A stretch of 64,000 bases of DNA from an uncultured Clostridia bacterium (GCA_934167095.1 CAKPKE010000003.1:5533-69532); one strand, 5' to 3'; shown: positions 46,343 to 56,790, counted from the stretch's first letter. Translations and numbers: made by a program. Notes: generated by a model from the letters alone, not told the origin.

Positions 46343-47287
46343 ATGAAAAAAGAAAAACAGAAAGGTATAACTTTAATTGCACTAGTAGTAACAATAGTAG
46401 TACTATTAATATTAGCAGGTGTATCAATAAATTTAGTACTAGGTGAAAATGGCTTAATATCAAATGCGAAAGAAGCAAAAGAAAAATCAGAAAGTGCTAC
46501 AAATGAAGAGAACTATTTAGTAAATGGAGCAATACCAGACTATATAGCAGAGCAAGTAAATGGGGTAACTGGAAATGCAAAAACAATAACAACAGATGAT
46601 TATGGAAAAGTAGTAACTGACTATACAGCAGGAAGCAAAACATGGGAGATATTTTATGCAGATAACACGAATGTCTATTTAATAACAAGAGAAAATGTAG
46701 GAGATCAAACATTAAATGATAAAGTAACAGGCTATAATGGAACAAGTGATTTTGATGGAAGTGATAGCTTTAAAACAAAGTATCCAGCAATACAAGCAGG
46801 CTGGTTAAATAAAACATATACACCAGCAGCAAGTGGAGTAGGAACAGTAAATTATACAAGCAGTTATAATAATATGAAAGCAACGGAATATTTACTAGAT
46901 AGTAGTGTTTGGAATACAACATATAAAACAGAAAAAGCAGATTGGGCAATAGGAGTACCAACACTAGAGATGTTAGCTGCATCTTATGGAAAATATGAAG
47001 GAACAACAATAACGATAGCAGATCTGGAAGAAAATGGATATGCACAAACAATAAGTAGTGGGTTGACAATAGGTAAGGCAAATGGAATTTATAACCATGG
47101 TTACTATTATTGGCTTGCTTGTCCTAGTAGCTATGACAACAGTTATGTTCGCCGTGTGAACTCTGACGACGCTTATATAGTTAGCAACATCTATAGCTAT
47201 GCATATGGTATTCGCCCTGTAGTTTGTCTGAATTCCGGAGTTATATTAACCAAAAGTGTAGACGGAAATACATTCACAATAAATTAA
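46343..47287 (+). CDS. surface protein, paralog 2: prepilin-like N-terminus plus DUF1566-like C-terminus
   Basis: MKKEKQKGITLIALVVTIVVLLILAGVSINLVLGENGLISNAKEAK... C-terminus ...YYWLACPSSYDNSYVRRVNSDDAYIVSNIYSYAYGIRPVVCL. Confidence 0.65.
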   Translation: MKKEKQKGITLIALVVTIVVLLILAGVSINLVLGENGLISNAKEAKEKSESATNEENYLVNGAIPDYIAEQVNGVTGNAKTITTDDYGKVVTDYTAGSKTWEIFYADNTNVYLITRENVGDQTLNDKVTGYNGTSDFDGSDSFKTKYPAIQAGWLNKTYTPAASGVGTVNYTSSYNNMKATEYLLDSSVWNTTYKTEKADWAIGVPTLEMLAASYGKYEGTTITIADLEENGYAQTISSGLTIGKANGIYNHGYYYWLACPSSYDNSYVRRVNSDDAYIVSNIYSYAYGIRPVVCLNSGVILTKSVDGNTFTIN

Positions 47288-47323
47288 TAAAGTCAAAAAT
47301 TAAGGAAAAATATTAAATAAAAA

Positions 47324-47367
47324 GAAGTTTGTTAGCATTTTGAATGTTTACAAACTTCAAATTTTTT
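47324..47367 (+). terminator. intrinsic terminator
   Basis: gaagtttgta...tacaaacttc plus TTTTTT. Confidence 0.7.
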
Positions 47368-47478
47368 ATGCAATTTAAAAATTGGTGTGTAAATTAGAAA
47401 ATAAACCTATTTATATTGTGCAAGTTTTGTGGATATGTTAAAATAAAAAACGAAAAAATATCGGTAAGGGGTGTAAAT

Positions 47479-47889
47479 ATGAATATAGTAGAAAAAGCAG
47501 GTTGTATTATTGTAAATGTACAAGAGGAAAAAATTGCATTAGTAATAAAAGATGGGGAATATTCTTTTCCTAAAGGGCATTTGGAAAAAGGCGAAACTAT
47601 TAAAGAATGTGCTGAAAGAGAAACTGTTGAAGAAACAGGACATGATGTTAAAATAGTAGGAGATGAACTTTGCTTAGTTAAATATAAAACTCCAGATGGA
47701 GAAAACGTTGAAAATCATATGTTTTTAGGACTAGATATGGGACTAACAAATAAATTTGTTGATGAGAAAGATAAAGAAAAAACAGAATGGTTTGAAATAA
47801 ATGAAATTGAAGAAAAATTATCTTACCAAAATCTTAAAGAGGTATGGAAAGAAATAAAAACAAAAGTTGAAATGATAATAAAAGAGTAA
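47479..47889 (+). CDS. NUDIX hydrolase
   Basis: Nudix box GHLEKGETIKECAERETVEETG. Confidence 0.8.
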   Translation: MNIVEKAGCIIVNVQEEKIALVIKDGEYSFPKGHLEKGETIKECAERETVEETGHDVKIVGDELCLVKYKTPDGENVENHMFLGLDMGLTNKFVDEKDKEKTEWFEINEIEEKLSYQNLKEVWKEIKTKVEMIIKE

Positions 47890-47928
47890 TTTTATTGAAA
47901 AAAACGCCCTAAAATAAAGCAATTTTGG

Positions 47929-48055
47929 TTGACAAAGGTAAATAAGTATGATAAAATATTTACCTGTAAGCCGCCTGAGTCGGGCAACTAAATGTTACTT
48001 TTTAAGTAACTGCCTTGAATTTTATGCTTAGCGAGTATACAAAATAAGGGAGGTG
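47929..48055 (+). promoter_or_regulatory. rplU promoter (TTGACA-17-TGaTAAAAT) plus structured L21-leader-like 5'UTR
   Basis: Hairpins gccgcctgagtcgggc and gttactttttaagtaac precede the strong RBS AAGGGAGGTG. Confidence 0.5.
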
Positions 48056-48063
48056 TACATAGA

Positions 48064-48402
48064 ATGTACGCAATAATCGAAAGTTGTGGAAAACAATACA
48101 AAGTAACTGAAGGAGATGTAGTTTTCTTCGAAAAATTAGATGTAGAAGAAGGCAAAAAAGTAACATTTGATAATGTTGTTTTAGTATCTGACGACAAAAA
48201 AGTAGAAGTTGGAGCTCCTTATGTTAAAGGTGTTAAAGTTGAGGGAAAAGTAGTAGCTCATGGAAAAGCTAAAAAAATATTAGTTTACAAATACAAAGCT
48301 AAGAAAAACTACAGAAGAACTCAAGGACATAGACAACCATACACAAAGGTTGAAATAACATCTATAAAAACAGCAACAGCTAAAAAAGAAGTAAAAGAAT
48401 AA
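48064..48402 (+). CDS. rplU: 50S ribosomal protein L21
   Basis: [20 protein letters not shown]... Confidence 0.95.
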   Translation: MYAIIESCGKQYKVTEGDVVFFEKLDVEEGKKVTFDNVVLVSDDKKVEVGAPYVKGVKVEGKVVAHGKAKKILVYKYKAKKNYRRTQGHRQPYTKVEITSIKTATAKKEVKE

Positions 48403-48468
48403 TTTAGCTATATAAAATTTGAAATTAATAAATAAGAGAATAAATAAATCGCGAAGGGAGTGAATGAA

Positions 48469-48849
48469 ATGGCTCATAAGAAAGGACAAGGAAGTTCTAA
48501 AAACGGAAGAGACAGCGAGTCAAAGCGTCTTGGGGTAAAAAGAGCTGATGGTCAAGTTGTTCCAGCTGGAAACATTCTAGTTAGACAAAGAGGAACAAAA
48601 TTCCATCCAGGAAAAAATGTTGGAATCGGAAGTGATGACACATTATATGCAAAAGTTACTGGAATGGTAAAATTTGAAAGACTTGGAAGAGATAAAAAAC
48701 AAGTTAGCGTATATACTGCAGAAGAATTAAAAGAAATGGCTGCAAAATTAGAAGCACCTAAAGCTGAAAAAGTAGAAAAGAAAGAAGCTGTTAAGAAAAC
48801 AGCAACAAAGAAAACTACTACAGCTAAAAAAGCAGTAGAAAGCAAATAA
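48469..48849 (+). CDS. rpmA: 50S ribosomal protein L27 with ~40-aa Lys/Ala-rich C-terminal extension; no Prp-cleaved N-terminal extension
   Basis: [29 protein letters not shown]...KFHPGKNVG... then ...[43 protein letters not shown]. Start at the second ATG (RBS GGGAG). Confidence 0.85.
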   Translation: MAHKKGQGSSKNGRDSESKRLGVKRADGQVVPAGNILVRQRGTKFHPGKNVGIGSDDTLYAKVTGMVKFERLGRDKKQVSVYTAEELKEMAAKLEAPKAEKVEKKEAVKKTATKKTTTAKKAVESK

Positions 48850-48858
48850 TTATAAACA

Positions 48859-48892
48859 AAAGCGGTGATAATTTAAGTCACTGCTTTTTTAT
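48859..48892 (+). terminator. terminator after rpmA
   Basis: gcggtga...tcactgc (one G-U pair) plus TTTTTT. Confidence 0.65.
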
Positions 48893-48945
48893 TTACTATA
48901 GCTTGTAAAATAAGTAAAAAATATGTATAATATGAATGTGAGATT

Positions 48946-50001
48946 ATGGAGGAAAGGACGCTAAAACTAGCGAATAAAAATATTATGGATAAAAAAGTTA
49001 TATTAACAGGCGATAGACCAACAGGAAGATTACATATTGGACATTATTTTGGTTCATTAATGAAAAGAGTAGAAATGCAGGAATCAGGATTATATGAACC
49101 ATACATATTAATTGCTGATGTTCAAGCATTAACAGATAATTTTAATAACCCAGAAAAAGTTAGAAAAAATGTTAGAGAAGTTGCAATTGATTATTTGTCT
49201 TGTGGAATTGATCCTGAAAAAACTACAATATATATTCAATCGATGATTCCGGAAACAGCTGAACTTACAGTATATTATTCTAATTTAGTAACAATAGCTA
49301 GACTAGAGCGAAACCCAACAGTAAAAACTGAACTTGCACAAAAGAAAGAAGTGTTTGGAGAAAGTGTAACTTATGGATTTTTGGGATATCCAGTAAGTCA
49401 AGCGGCAGATATAACTTCTTTTGGTGGAGAACTTGTGCCAGTAGGCGAGGACCAATTACCATTAATTGAACAATGCAGAGAAATAGTAAGAAAATTCAAT
49501 TCTATATATGGCGATGTTTTAGTTGAGCCACAAGCTATTTTGTCATCAGGAAAGAGGATAAAAGGTCTAGATGGAAATGAAAAAATGGGCAAATCTTTAG
49601 GAAATGCTATTTACTTATCTGATAGTGAAGAAGAAATTAATAAAAAAGTTATGAGTGCGGTAACTGATCCTAATAGAATAAGAAAAGATGATTTGGGAAA
49701 TCCTGATGTATGTATGGTTGCGTATTATCATAACCTATTTGATGAAAAAGAGGAATATGACACAGTTTGCAAAGAGTGCAGAGCTGGCACAAGAGGTTGC
49801 GTAGCTTGCAAAAAACAACTTGCAAAAAATATTTCTGAAAGATTAAAGCCAATAAGAGAAAAAAGAGCTTATTATGAGGCTAATCCAGAAATTGTCGATA
49901 AAATATTAATGGATGGAACAAATAAAGCAAGAGCAAAAGCAAAAGAAACTATGAAAAAAGTAAAAAAAGCTATGAAACTTGATTACTTTGAAGGAGAGTA
50001 A
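48946..50001 (+). CDS. trpS: tryptophan--tRNA ligase with C-terminal multi-Cys motif
   Basis: TGDRPTGRLHIGHYFG (HIGH) and KMGKS (KMSKS). Collinear with bacterial TrpRS. Cys cluster C-x18-C-x2-C-x6-C-x2-C. Start uncertain (48946 or 48988). Confidence 0.8.
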   Translation: MEERTLKLANKNIMDKKVILTGDRPTGRLHIGHYFGSLMKRVEMQESGLYEPYILIADVQALTDNFNNPEKVRKNVREVAIDYLSCGIDPEKTTIYIQSMIPETAELTVYYSNLVTIARLERNPTVKTELAQKKEVFGESVTYGFLGYPVSQAADITSFGGELVPVGEDQLPLIEQCREIVRKFNSIYGDVLVEPQAILSSGKRIKGLDGNEKMGKSLGNAIYLSDSEEEINKKVMSAVTDPNRIRKDDLGNPDVCMVAYYHNLFDEKEEYDTVCKECRAGTRGCVACKKQLAKNISERLKPIREKRAYYEANPEIVDKILMDGTNKARAKAKETMKKVKKAMKLDYFEGE

Positions 50002-50002
50002 A

Positions 50003-51037
50003 ATGGGATTTTTGGATAAATTCAAAAAGAGAGAAACACAAGTAAAAACACAAAGTAGGGATATATTGCCTTTAGAAGCAGACTCAGCAGATGGAGAAAA
50101 TAAGATATTGCTAGATGGAGTGTCTGCTCCACAAAAAATAAAACACAGTAATGGAAAAATTACTGATCTAATAATGGCAAAAGTTATAAAATATGCTGAT
50201 ACAATATATGTAGATGAGGCAGATGATATTTCATTTGAGTTAGATCATGGCCAAACACTAGATAAGAACATGTTACAATATATAATGTGGGTGTATGATA
50301 TGCAAATGTTGGGCTCTATGCCAAAAGAAAATTATTTAGGCAGATTAACCGTTCAAGATGGACAATATCAGTTGGTAGATAAAAGTGTGGCTGTTCAAAA
50401 TATTGTTAATAACATGATAGCAACAAGAGAACAAGCAAGAAAACCAAGAGTAAACCTAAATGAATTTAGCCAAAGTCTTAAAAATGAAAATGCAAAATAC
50501 CAAGAAGAATGGAAACAAGAAGTAGCTCAAAGATTAAGTAATCCAACTTTAAGATGGACTGGAAGAAGCCAGATTGGAGATAAAGTTTATAGTGATTATG
50601 ATGGAATAAATGTAGTAAATGGTGAAATCTTAAGACTTAGAAATGTTGATAAAGTAGGAAGAGATGGAAGTGGAACATATCTTTATTCTGCATATATTAG
50701 TTCTGTACCTAATGAACATGATGCAGAATTAATTGGTGAGAATTATCCTGTGTGCTTCACTTTAGAAAAAAGATTGGAAGATATTGTAGCTGGTGGAAAT
50801 CCAGTAGAAATAAAAGCAGTGCTTGCAATGCTTTCTAGCCCAGAAAATTTTAAAGATATGAATTCGCTAGTTTATGCGGGAAAAACTGACAAATATGGAA
50901 GAGCTATAAATGAAGAAAAAATGGGAGAAGAAACTAAAAGAATATTTGAAAGTAGTGCAATAGGCAAAACTATACAAGCAATGAAAAAACAATTTGAAAG
51001 AGACCAAAGACCTAGACAAGAAGAAAGAGGAGAATAA
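50003..51037 (+). CDS. hypothetical protein (344 aa) tightly coupled between trpS and obg
   Basis: RBS GAAGGAGAG. Starts 1 nt after the trpS stop and ends 3 nt before the obg ATG. No recognised motif. Confidence 0.55.
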   Translation: MGFLDKFKKRETQVKTQSRDILPLEADSADGENKILLDGVSAPQKIKHSNGKITDLIMAKVIKYADTIYVDEADDISFELDHGQTLDKNMLQYIMWVYDMQMLGSMPKENYLGRLTVQDGQYQLVDKSVAVQNIVNNMIATREQARKPRVNLNEFSQSLKNENAKYQEEWKQEVAQRLSNPTLRWTGRSQIGDKVYSDYDGINVVNGEILRLRNVDKVGRDGSGTYLYSAYISSVPNEHDAELIGENYPVCFTLEKRLEDIVAGGNPVEIKAVLAMLSSPENFKDMNSLVYAGKTDKYGRAINEEKMGEETKRIFESSAIGKTIQAMKKQFERDQRPRQEERGE

Positions 51038-51040
51038 TAA

Positions 51041-52315
<1,275 letters not shown>

Positions 52316-52319
52316 TGCT

Positions 52320-52360
52320 AAGTGAAAAATTAAATGTAATTCTGTAAAGTAGATGCAAAT
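52320..52360 (+). repeat. copy B of the conserved ~38-nt intergenic element
   Basis: AAGTGAAAAATTAAATGTAATTCTGTAAAGTAGATGCAAAT. 36 of 39 positions identical to copy A. Confidence 0.6.
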
Positions 52361-52382
52361 AGTAAGATTGATAAAAAAAATA

Positions 52383-52425
52383 CGAAATTTTGTTTGACAA
52401 ACTAATATTTTTGTGATAATATAAT
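52383..52425 (+). promoter_or_regulatory. lexA promoter (TTGACA-17-TGtGATAAT) with overlapping candidate LexA (Cheo-like) box cGAAAttttGTTTg / palindrome GTTTGACAAAC
   Basis: Clostridial LexA sites resemble GAAC-N4-GTTT. The element overlaps the -35 of the lexA gene, consistent with autoregulation. Confidence 0.45.
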
Positions 52426-52456
52426 TACGAAATAATTATTTGAGGAGTGATTTATT

Positions 52457-53125
52457 ATGCCAAAAAGAAGAAACCCACAAGATTTGAATAAAAGGGAAAA
52501 GGACATATTAAAATTCATAGAAAAACAATTAAATGAAAATGGATATCCACCATCAGTAAGGGAAATCTGTCAAGCTGTTGGCTTAAAATCAACAGCAACT
52601 GTTCATGCCTATTTAAATAGATTAGAAGATAATGGATTTATAGCAAGAAGAGATAAAATGGGAAGAACCCTTCAACTATTAAAAGGTGGAAAAACATATA
52701 AGCCAAATACTATGCAAGAACCTGAAGAAAAAAACGTATATGCTGGAAAGGAATTAGTTGATGTTCCTGTTATAGGCAAAATTACAGCTGGTGCACCTAT
52801 TTTAGCAGTAGAAAACATAACAGATACATTCCCAATTCCATTAGATTTTATTGGAAATAGCGAATGTTTTATGCTTACTGTAAGAGGCGAAAGTATGATA
52901 GAAGCAGGTATTTTAGATGGTGATTATATATTAGTCAAAAAACAAAATACTGCTGAAAATGGAGAAATAGTAGTCGCTTTAATTGATGATGAAGCAACAG
53001 TTAAAACATTCTACAAAGAAAAAGACCATATCAGACTTCAACCAGAAAACTCTACAATGGATCCAATTATTGTACCAACATGTAAAATACTTGGAAAAGT
53101 TGCGGGTGTATTTAGAAAAATGTAA
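52457..53125 (+). CDS. lexA: LexA repressor
   Basis: N-terminal winged HTH. Ala-Gly cleavage site (ITAGAP), Ser (GESM), Lys (VKTF) of S24 peptidase. Confidence 0.95.
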   Translation: MPKRRNPQDLNKREKDILKFIEKQLNENGYPPSVREICQAVGLKSTATVHAYLNRLEDNGFIARRDKMGRTLQLLKGGKTYKPNTMQEPEEKNVYAGKELVDVPVIGKITAGAPILAVENITDTFPIPLDFIGNSECFMLTVRGESMIEAGILDGDYILVKKQNTAENGEIVVALIDDEATVKTFYKEKDHIRLQPENSTMDPIIVPTCKILGKVAGVFRKM

Positions 53126-53228
53126 ATCATAAGAATAATAGTAAACAAAAGTAAAATTATAATAAGTCTATGTTAAACAACATAGGCTTGAATTATCATA
53201 GTAATATTTTTAGATAGGAATTAGAAGT

Positions 53229-53723
53229 ATGAAAAGACTAAAAACTTTTGGAAAGTATATATTATTGTTAATTGCTTTTTATGTAGTATCAAATATACTT
53301 GCCTATTTTTGCATACAAACAACATATTCACCAATGGAAAAAGAAATTAATGCTGGTGAAAATATTGAAATTAATGTAAGCTATGCAAAAGCAACAATTA
53401 TTAACGGTAAAATAGAAGGAAAAATAAAAAATATCTCTGAAGAAGATATAAACGGAAAGTATATAAAATGTGATTTTATCTCTAAAAGAGGAACAAAAAT
53501 ACTAACAAAATATATACAAATAAATGAGCTAAAAGCAGGAGAAGAAAAAGACTTTAGCATAAGCTTTAGAGCTGATAATATAACTAAATTTGAAATGCAA
53601 ATAACAGATGAATATCAAAGTGGGGAAAATACAAAACTTATAGAAGCACTTAATAAAACATCTGATGAGGACAAAGTAGCAGCATTTATAGCAATATTCA
53701 CTTTAGTGCATTTTTTAATATAA
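53229..53723 (+). CDS. hypothetical membrane-anchored protein
   Basis: N-terminal TM ILLLIAFYVVSNILAYF. No known domain. Confidence 0.45.
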   Translation: MKRLKTFGKYILLLIAFYVVSNILAYFCIQTTYSPMEKEINAGENIEINVSYAKATIINGKIEGKIKNISEEDINGKYIKCDFISKRGTKILTKYIQINELKAGEEKDFSISFRADNITKFEMQITDEYQSGENTKLIEALNKTSDEDKVAAFIAIFTLVHFLI

Positions 53724-53752
53724 TGTAAAATGAAGAATAAAACGAACTAATA

Positions 53753-53800
53753 AATGGAATAGAAAACAAACTAAAATTTGAATTTCTATTCCATTTTTGT
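53753..53800. terminator. bidirectional terminator (13-bp stem)
   Basis: aatggaatagaaa...tttctattccatt plus TTTTT. Confidence 0.7.
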
Positions 53801-53820
53801 ATTTATAATTAGTTTTTTTA

Positions 53821-54972
53821 TTAATTTTTACTATTATCAACAATGCCTGCTACAATATTGCTGTTAGAATCAGAAACATCTGTGTTTTTGCTTTCTGAAT
53901 TATTGCCATCAGGATTAGAAACATCTGTATTGTTACCAGCTCCGGGGCTTTGTATATCAGTGTTATTGCCAGCTCCAGAATCTGGATTTTGTACATCAGT
54001 ATTATTTTCCGTTCCTGGGTTTTGACTTGGAATATCAGTCGTGTTACCTTCTGAAGGCGTAGGAGTAGGCTCTGGCTCAGGGGTAGGTTCTGGTTCAGTA
54101 TTAGTATTTGAGTTGTTATTATTTGACTCTGTATATGAATGCCAAGGATTTTCAGGTGCTGGATCTGTGGGATCCCAATTTCTTAAATAATCAGGATATG
54201 AAGAAATTTTCTTAGCATTAGGTTTTCCTAAAGGACCAGGATTTGAGTCGCTATAAAATTCAACTTTAGTACCAACAGCACAGTTATAGAAAATCCATCT
54301 TGCATCTTCTACTGTTAAACGAATACAACCAGCAGATGCATAAGTTCCAAGTTTATCATATTCCCAGTATTCAAGACTTGCTCTATCTCCACTTGTTAAA
54401 TAAGGAACAGAGTGAAATAAAATATTACCTTTTATTTGAGTACAATAATGTCCAAAAACATCTCCTTGTAAACCATTCCATTCTTTGCACTTCGCAGGAA
54501 TTGCATAAACGCCAGATTTAGGCGTATAAACACCAGTAGAACATATCATAACTTTATAAGGAACTGTGTAATTACCATTTTCATCTTGTGTATAAATATT
54601 TACAACCTGAGCTCCATAATTAACTTTTATATAATATGGAAGAGAACTTTTTCTATTTGTAGTTGAAGATGTTGTCTTATTATCTTCAACTGTAGTGTTT
54701 GAAGAAACATCCTCGTTTACAACTTTGTTTTCTAAATCTTCAATATTAATAGTTTCGTTTGCTTCTATATCAGGTTCAATATTTGCAAATGTGTCTGATT
54801 TTTCTAAATTTGCATTTGCACTAGTAACAGAATCTTTTCTATTAGTAAAAACTACTGTTAAAATAATTATTAGCCAAATAACTAGCAAAGTACATACAAT
54901 AATCTTTGTTTGCAAAGCTTTTTGGGCTTGTCTTTGATCACTTCTCATTTTTAATATCTCCTTTAAAGACAT
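53821..54972 (-). CDS. L,D-transpeptidase (YkuD domain) with low-complexity Thr/Pro/Glu/Asn-rich tandem-repeat C-terminal tail
   Basis: N-terminal TM. ...HYCTQIKGNILFHSVPY...SAGCIRLTVEDARW has the catalytic His and Cys. Tail NPGTENNTDVQNPDSGAGNNTDIQSPGAGNNTDVSNPDG. Confidence 0.75.
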   Translation of the reverse strand: MSLKEILKMRSDQRQAQKALQTKIIVCTLLVIWLIIILTVVFTNRKDSVTSANANLEKSDTFANIEPDIEANETINIEDLENKVVNEDVSSNTTVEDNKTTSSTTNRKSSLPYYIKVNYGAQVVNIYTQDENGNYTVPYKVMICSTGVYTPKSGVYAIPAKCKEWNGLQGDVFGHYCTQIKGNILFHSVPYLTSGDRASLEYWEYDKLGTYASAGCIRLTVEDARWIFYNCAVGTKVEFYSDSNPGPLGKPNAKKISSYPDYLRNWDPTDPAPENPWHSYTESNNNNSNTNTEPEPTPEPEPTPTPSEGNTTDIPSQNPGTENNTDVQNPDSGAGNNTDIQSPGAGNNTDVSNPDGNNSESKNTDVSDSNSNIVAGIVDNSKN

Positions 54973-55098
54973 TTTATCATAAGTTATTTTAGATTACAAT
55001 AATAATAATTTTAATTGCTTTTATATTGAAATTTGATAAGATATGTAATATAATTGCAACAGTTTCGTAATACATAAAACACGAAAGGAATTTTGCAA

Positions 55099-56118
55099 AT
55101 GTTAGAATTTGGACAAGATATAGCTATTGATTTAGGAACAGCGACAGTAATTGCATATGTAAAGGGAAAAGGTATTGTTTTAAGAGAACCATCTGTAGTT
55201 GCAATAGAAAAAAATACAGGTGAAGTTCTTGCCGTAGGAAAAGAAGCAAGAAGAATGCTTGGAAGAACTCCAGGAAATATTGTGGCAACAAGACCTTTAC
55301 GTGATGGTGTAATTTCGGATTATACAGTTACCGAAAAAATGCTTAAATACTTTATTGGAAAAGTATGTGGTAAATATATTTTTGCTCCTAGAATTATGAT
55401 ATGCATTCCTTCAAGAGTAACCGAAGTAGAAAAGCGAGCAGTAATTGATGCAGCAATAGGAGCTGGAGCAAGAAAAGTATATTTAATTGAAGAACCGCTA
55501 GCTGCAGCAATAGGAGCTGGACTGGATGTTTCTAGACCATCTGGAAATATGGTTGTAGATATTGGTGGAGGAACCACAGATATTGCAATAATATCTTTAG
55601 GAGGAACTGTTGTTAGTACATCAATAAAAACAGCAGGAGATAAATTTGATGAAGCAATTGTTAAATTTATAAGGAAAAAATATAATATAATAATAGGAGA
55701 TAGAACGGCAGAAGATATAAAAATAAATATAGGCTGTGTTTATCCAAAAATACAAGATTTAGATATGGATATAAGAGGAAGAGATTTATTTACAGGTCTT
55801 CCTAAAACTGTAAAAATACATTCAAGTGAAATGCTAGAGGCATTAATTGAACCAGCACAAGAAATCACAGAAGCAGTACACTCAATATTAGAAAAAACAC
55901 CACCAGAACTTTCTGCAGATATAAGACACAAAGGAATTTATATGACTGGTGGAGGTAGTTTAATTGACGGATTAGATAAATTAATTCAAGAAAGTACAGG
56001 AATAAATGTTGTTGTTGCAAATGATTCAATATCATGTGTTGCAATAGGAACTGGAAAAGCACTAGAAAATTTAGACAATCTAAAAGTAGGAAAAGGAAAT
56101 AGAATGTACATTATGTAA
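55099..56118 (+). CDS. mreB: rod shape-determining protein MreB/Mbl
   Basis: IAIDLGTATVIAYVKGKGIVLREPSVVAI... actin-like ATPase. RBS AAAGGAA. Confidence 0.9.
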   Translation: MLEFGQDIAIDLGTATVIAYVKGKGIVLREPSVVAIEKNTGEVLAVGKEARRMLGRTPGNIVATRPLRDGVISDYTVTEKMLKYFIGKVCGKYIFAPRIMICIPSRVTEVEKRAVIDAAIGAGARKVYLIEEPLAAAIGAGLDVSRPSGNMVVDIGGGTTDIAIISLGGTVVSTSIKTAGDKFDEAIVKFIRKKYNIIIGDRTAEDIKINIGCVYPKIQDLDMDIRGRDLFTGLPKTVKIHSSEMLEALIEPAQEITEAVHSILEKTPPELSADIRHKGIYMTGGGSLIDGLDKLIQESTGINVVVANDSISCVAIGTGKALENLDNLKVGKGNRMYIM

Positions 56119-56223
56119 GAGAGTGTACTGACTGATGGTTCAGGTTGTTTGAAAAGAAGAAGAAAAATGGTGTATAATCTATAAATGGGAGATATTAGTG
56201 AAAAAGCTAATTTGAAATAAATA

Positions 56224-56790
56224 ATGAATAAAACTAAAAGAAAAATATTTGAGACTTCAATGAAATTGTTTGCGGAAAAAGGTTATGATGCAACAAGTAT
56301 TGAAGAAATAACAGCCTTAGTAGGTGTTGCAAAAGGAACATTATATTATCATTTTACAAGCAAAGAAGAAATTTTTAATTTCCTAATAGAAGAAGGAGTT
56401 AAACTATTAAAAAATAGTATTGAAATAAAAACTGAAAATTTAGAGAATAGCATAGATAAAATAAAAGCAATAGTGCTAATTCAAATTAAAGTATTAGTTA
56501 AGTACGAAGATTTTATGACAATTGTTCTTAGAGAAATTTGGGGCAGTGGTGATAGAAGTGTGATATGCAAAAAGGAAGTTTTTGAATACATAAAAATTAT
56601 TGAAAAAATAGTGGATGAAGGTATAAAAAAAGGAGAACTTCAAAAAGGAGATGCTAATGTTATTGCATCAGGAATTTTTGGATTTACATGTTCTAGCTTA
56701 ATATACAAAATGAGAAATGATAATGAAATAAATGTTATGGAATTATATTCTGAAATAGAAAAATCGTTTATTAGAAAATTGAAAAAATAA
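56224..56790 (+). CDS. TetR/AcrR-family transcriptional regulator
   Basis: N-terminal HTH TSIEEITALVGVAKGTLYYHFTSKEEIF. Confidence 0.85.
   Translation: MNKTKRKIFETSMKLFAEKGYDATSIEEITALVGVAKGTLYYHFTSKEEIFNFLIEEGVKLLKNSIEIKTENLENSIDKIKAIVLIQIKVLVKYEDFMTIVLREIWGSGDRSVICKKEVFEYIKIIEKIVDEGIKKGELQKGDANVIASGIFGFTCSSLIYKMRNDNEINVMELYSEIEKSFIRKLKK

Noticed and set aside
53843-54140. Repetitive DNA at the 3' end of the L,D-transpeptidase gene as a CRISPR array
   Set aside because: Repeats are imperfect, in-frame coding repeats (NTD/PEP low complexity) with no uniform spacers. No cas genes.
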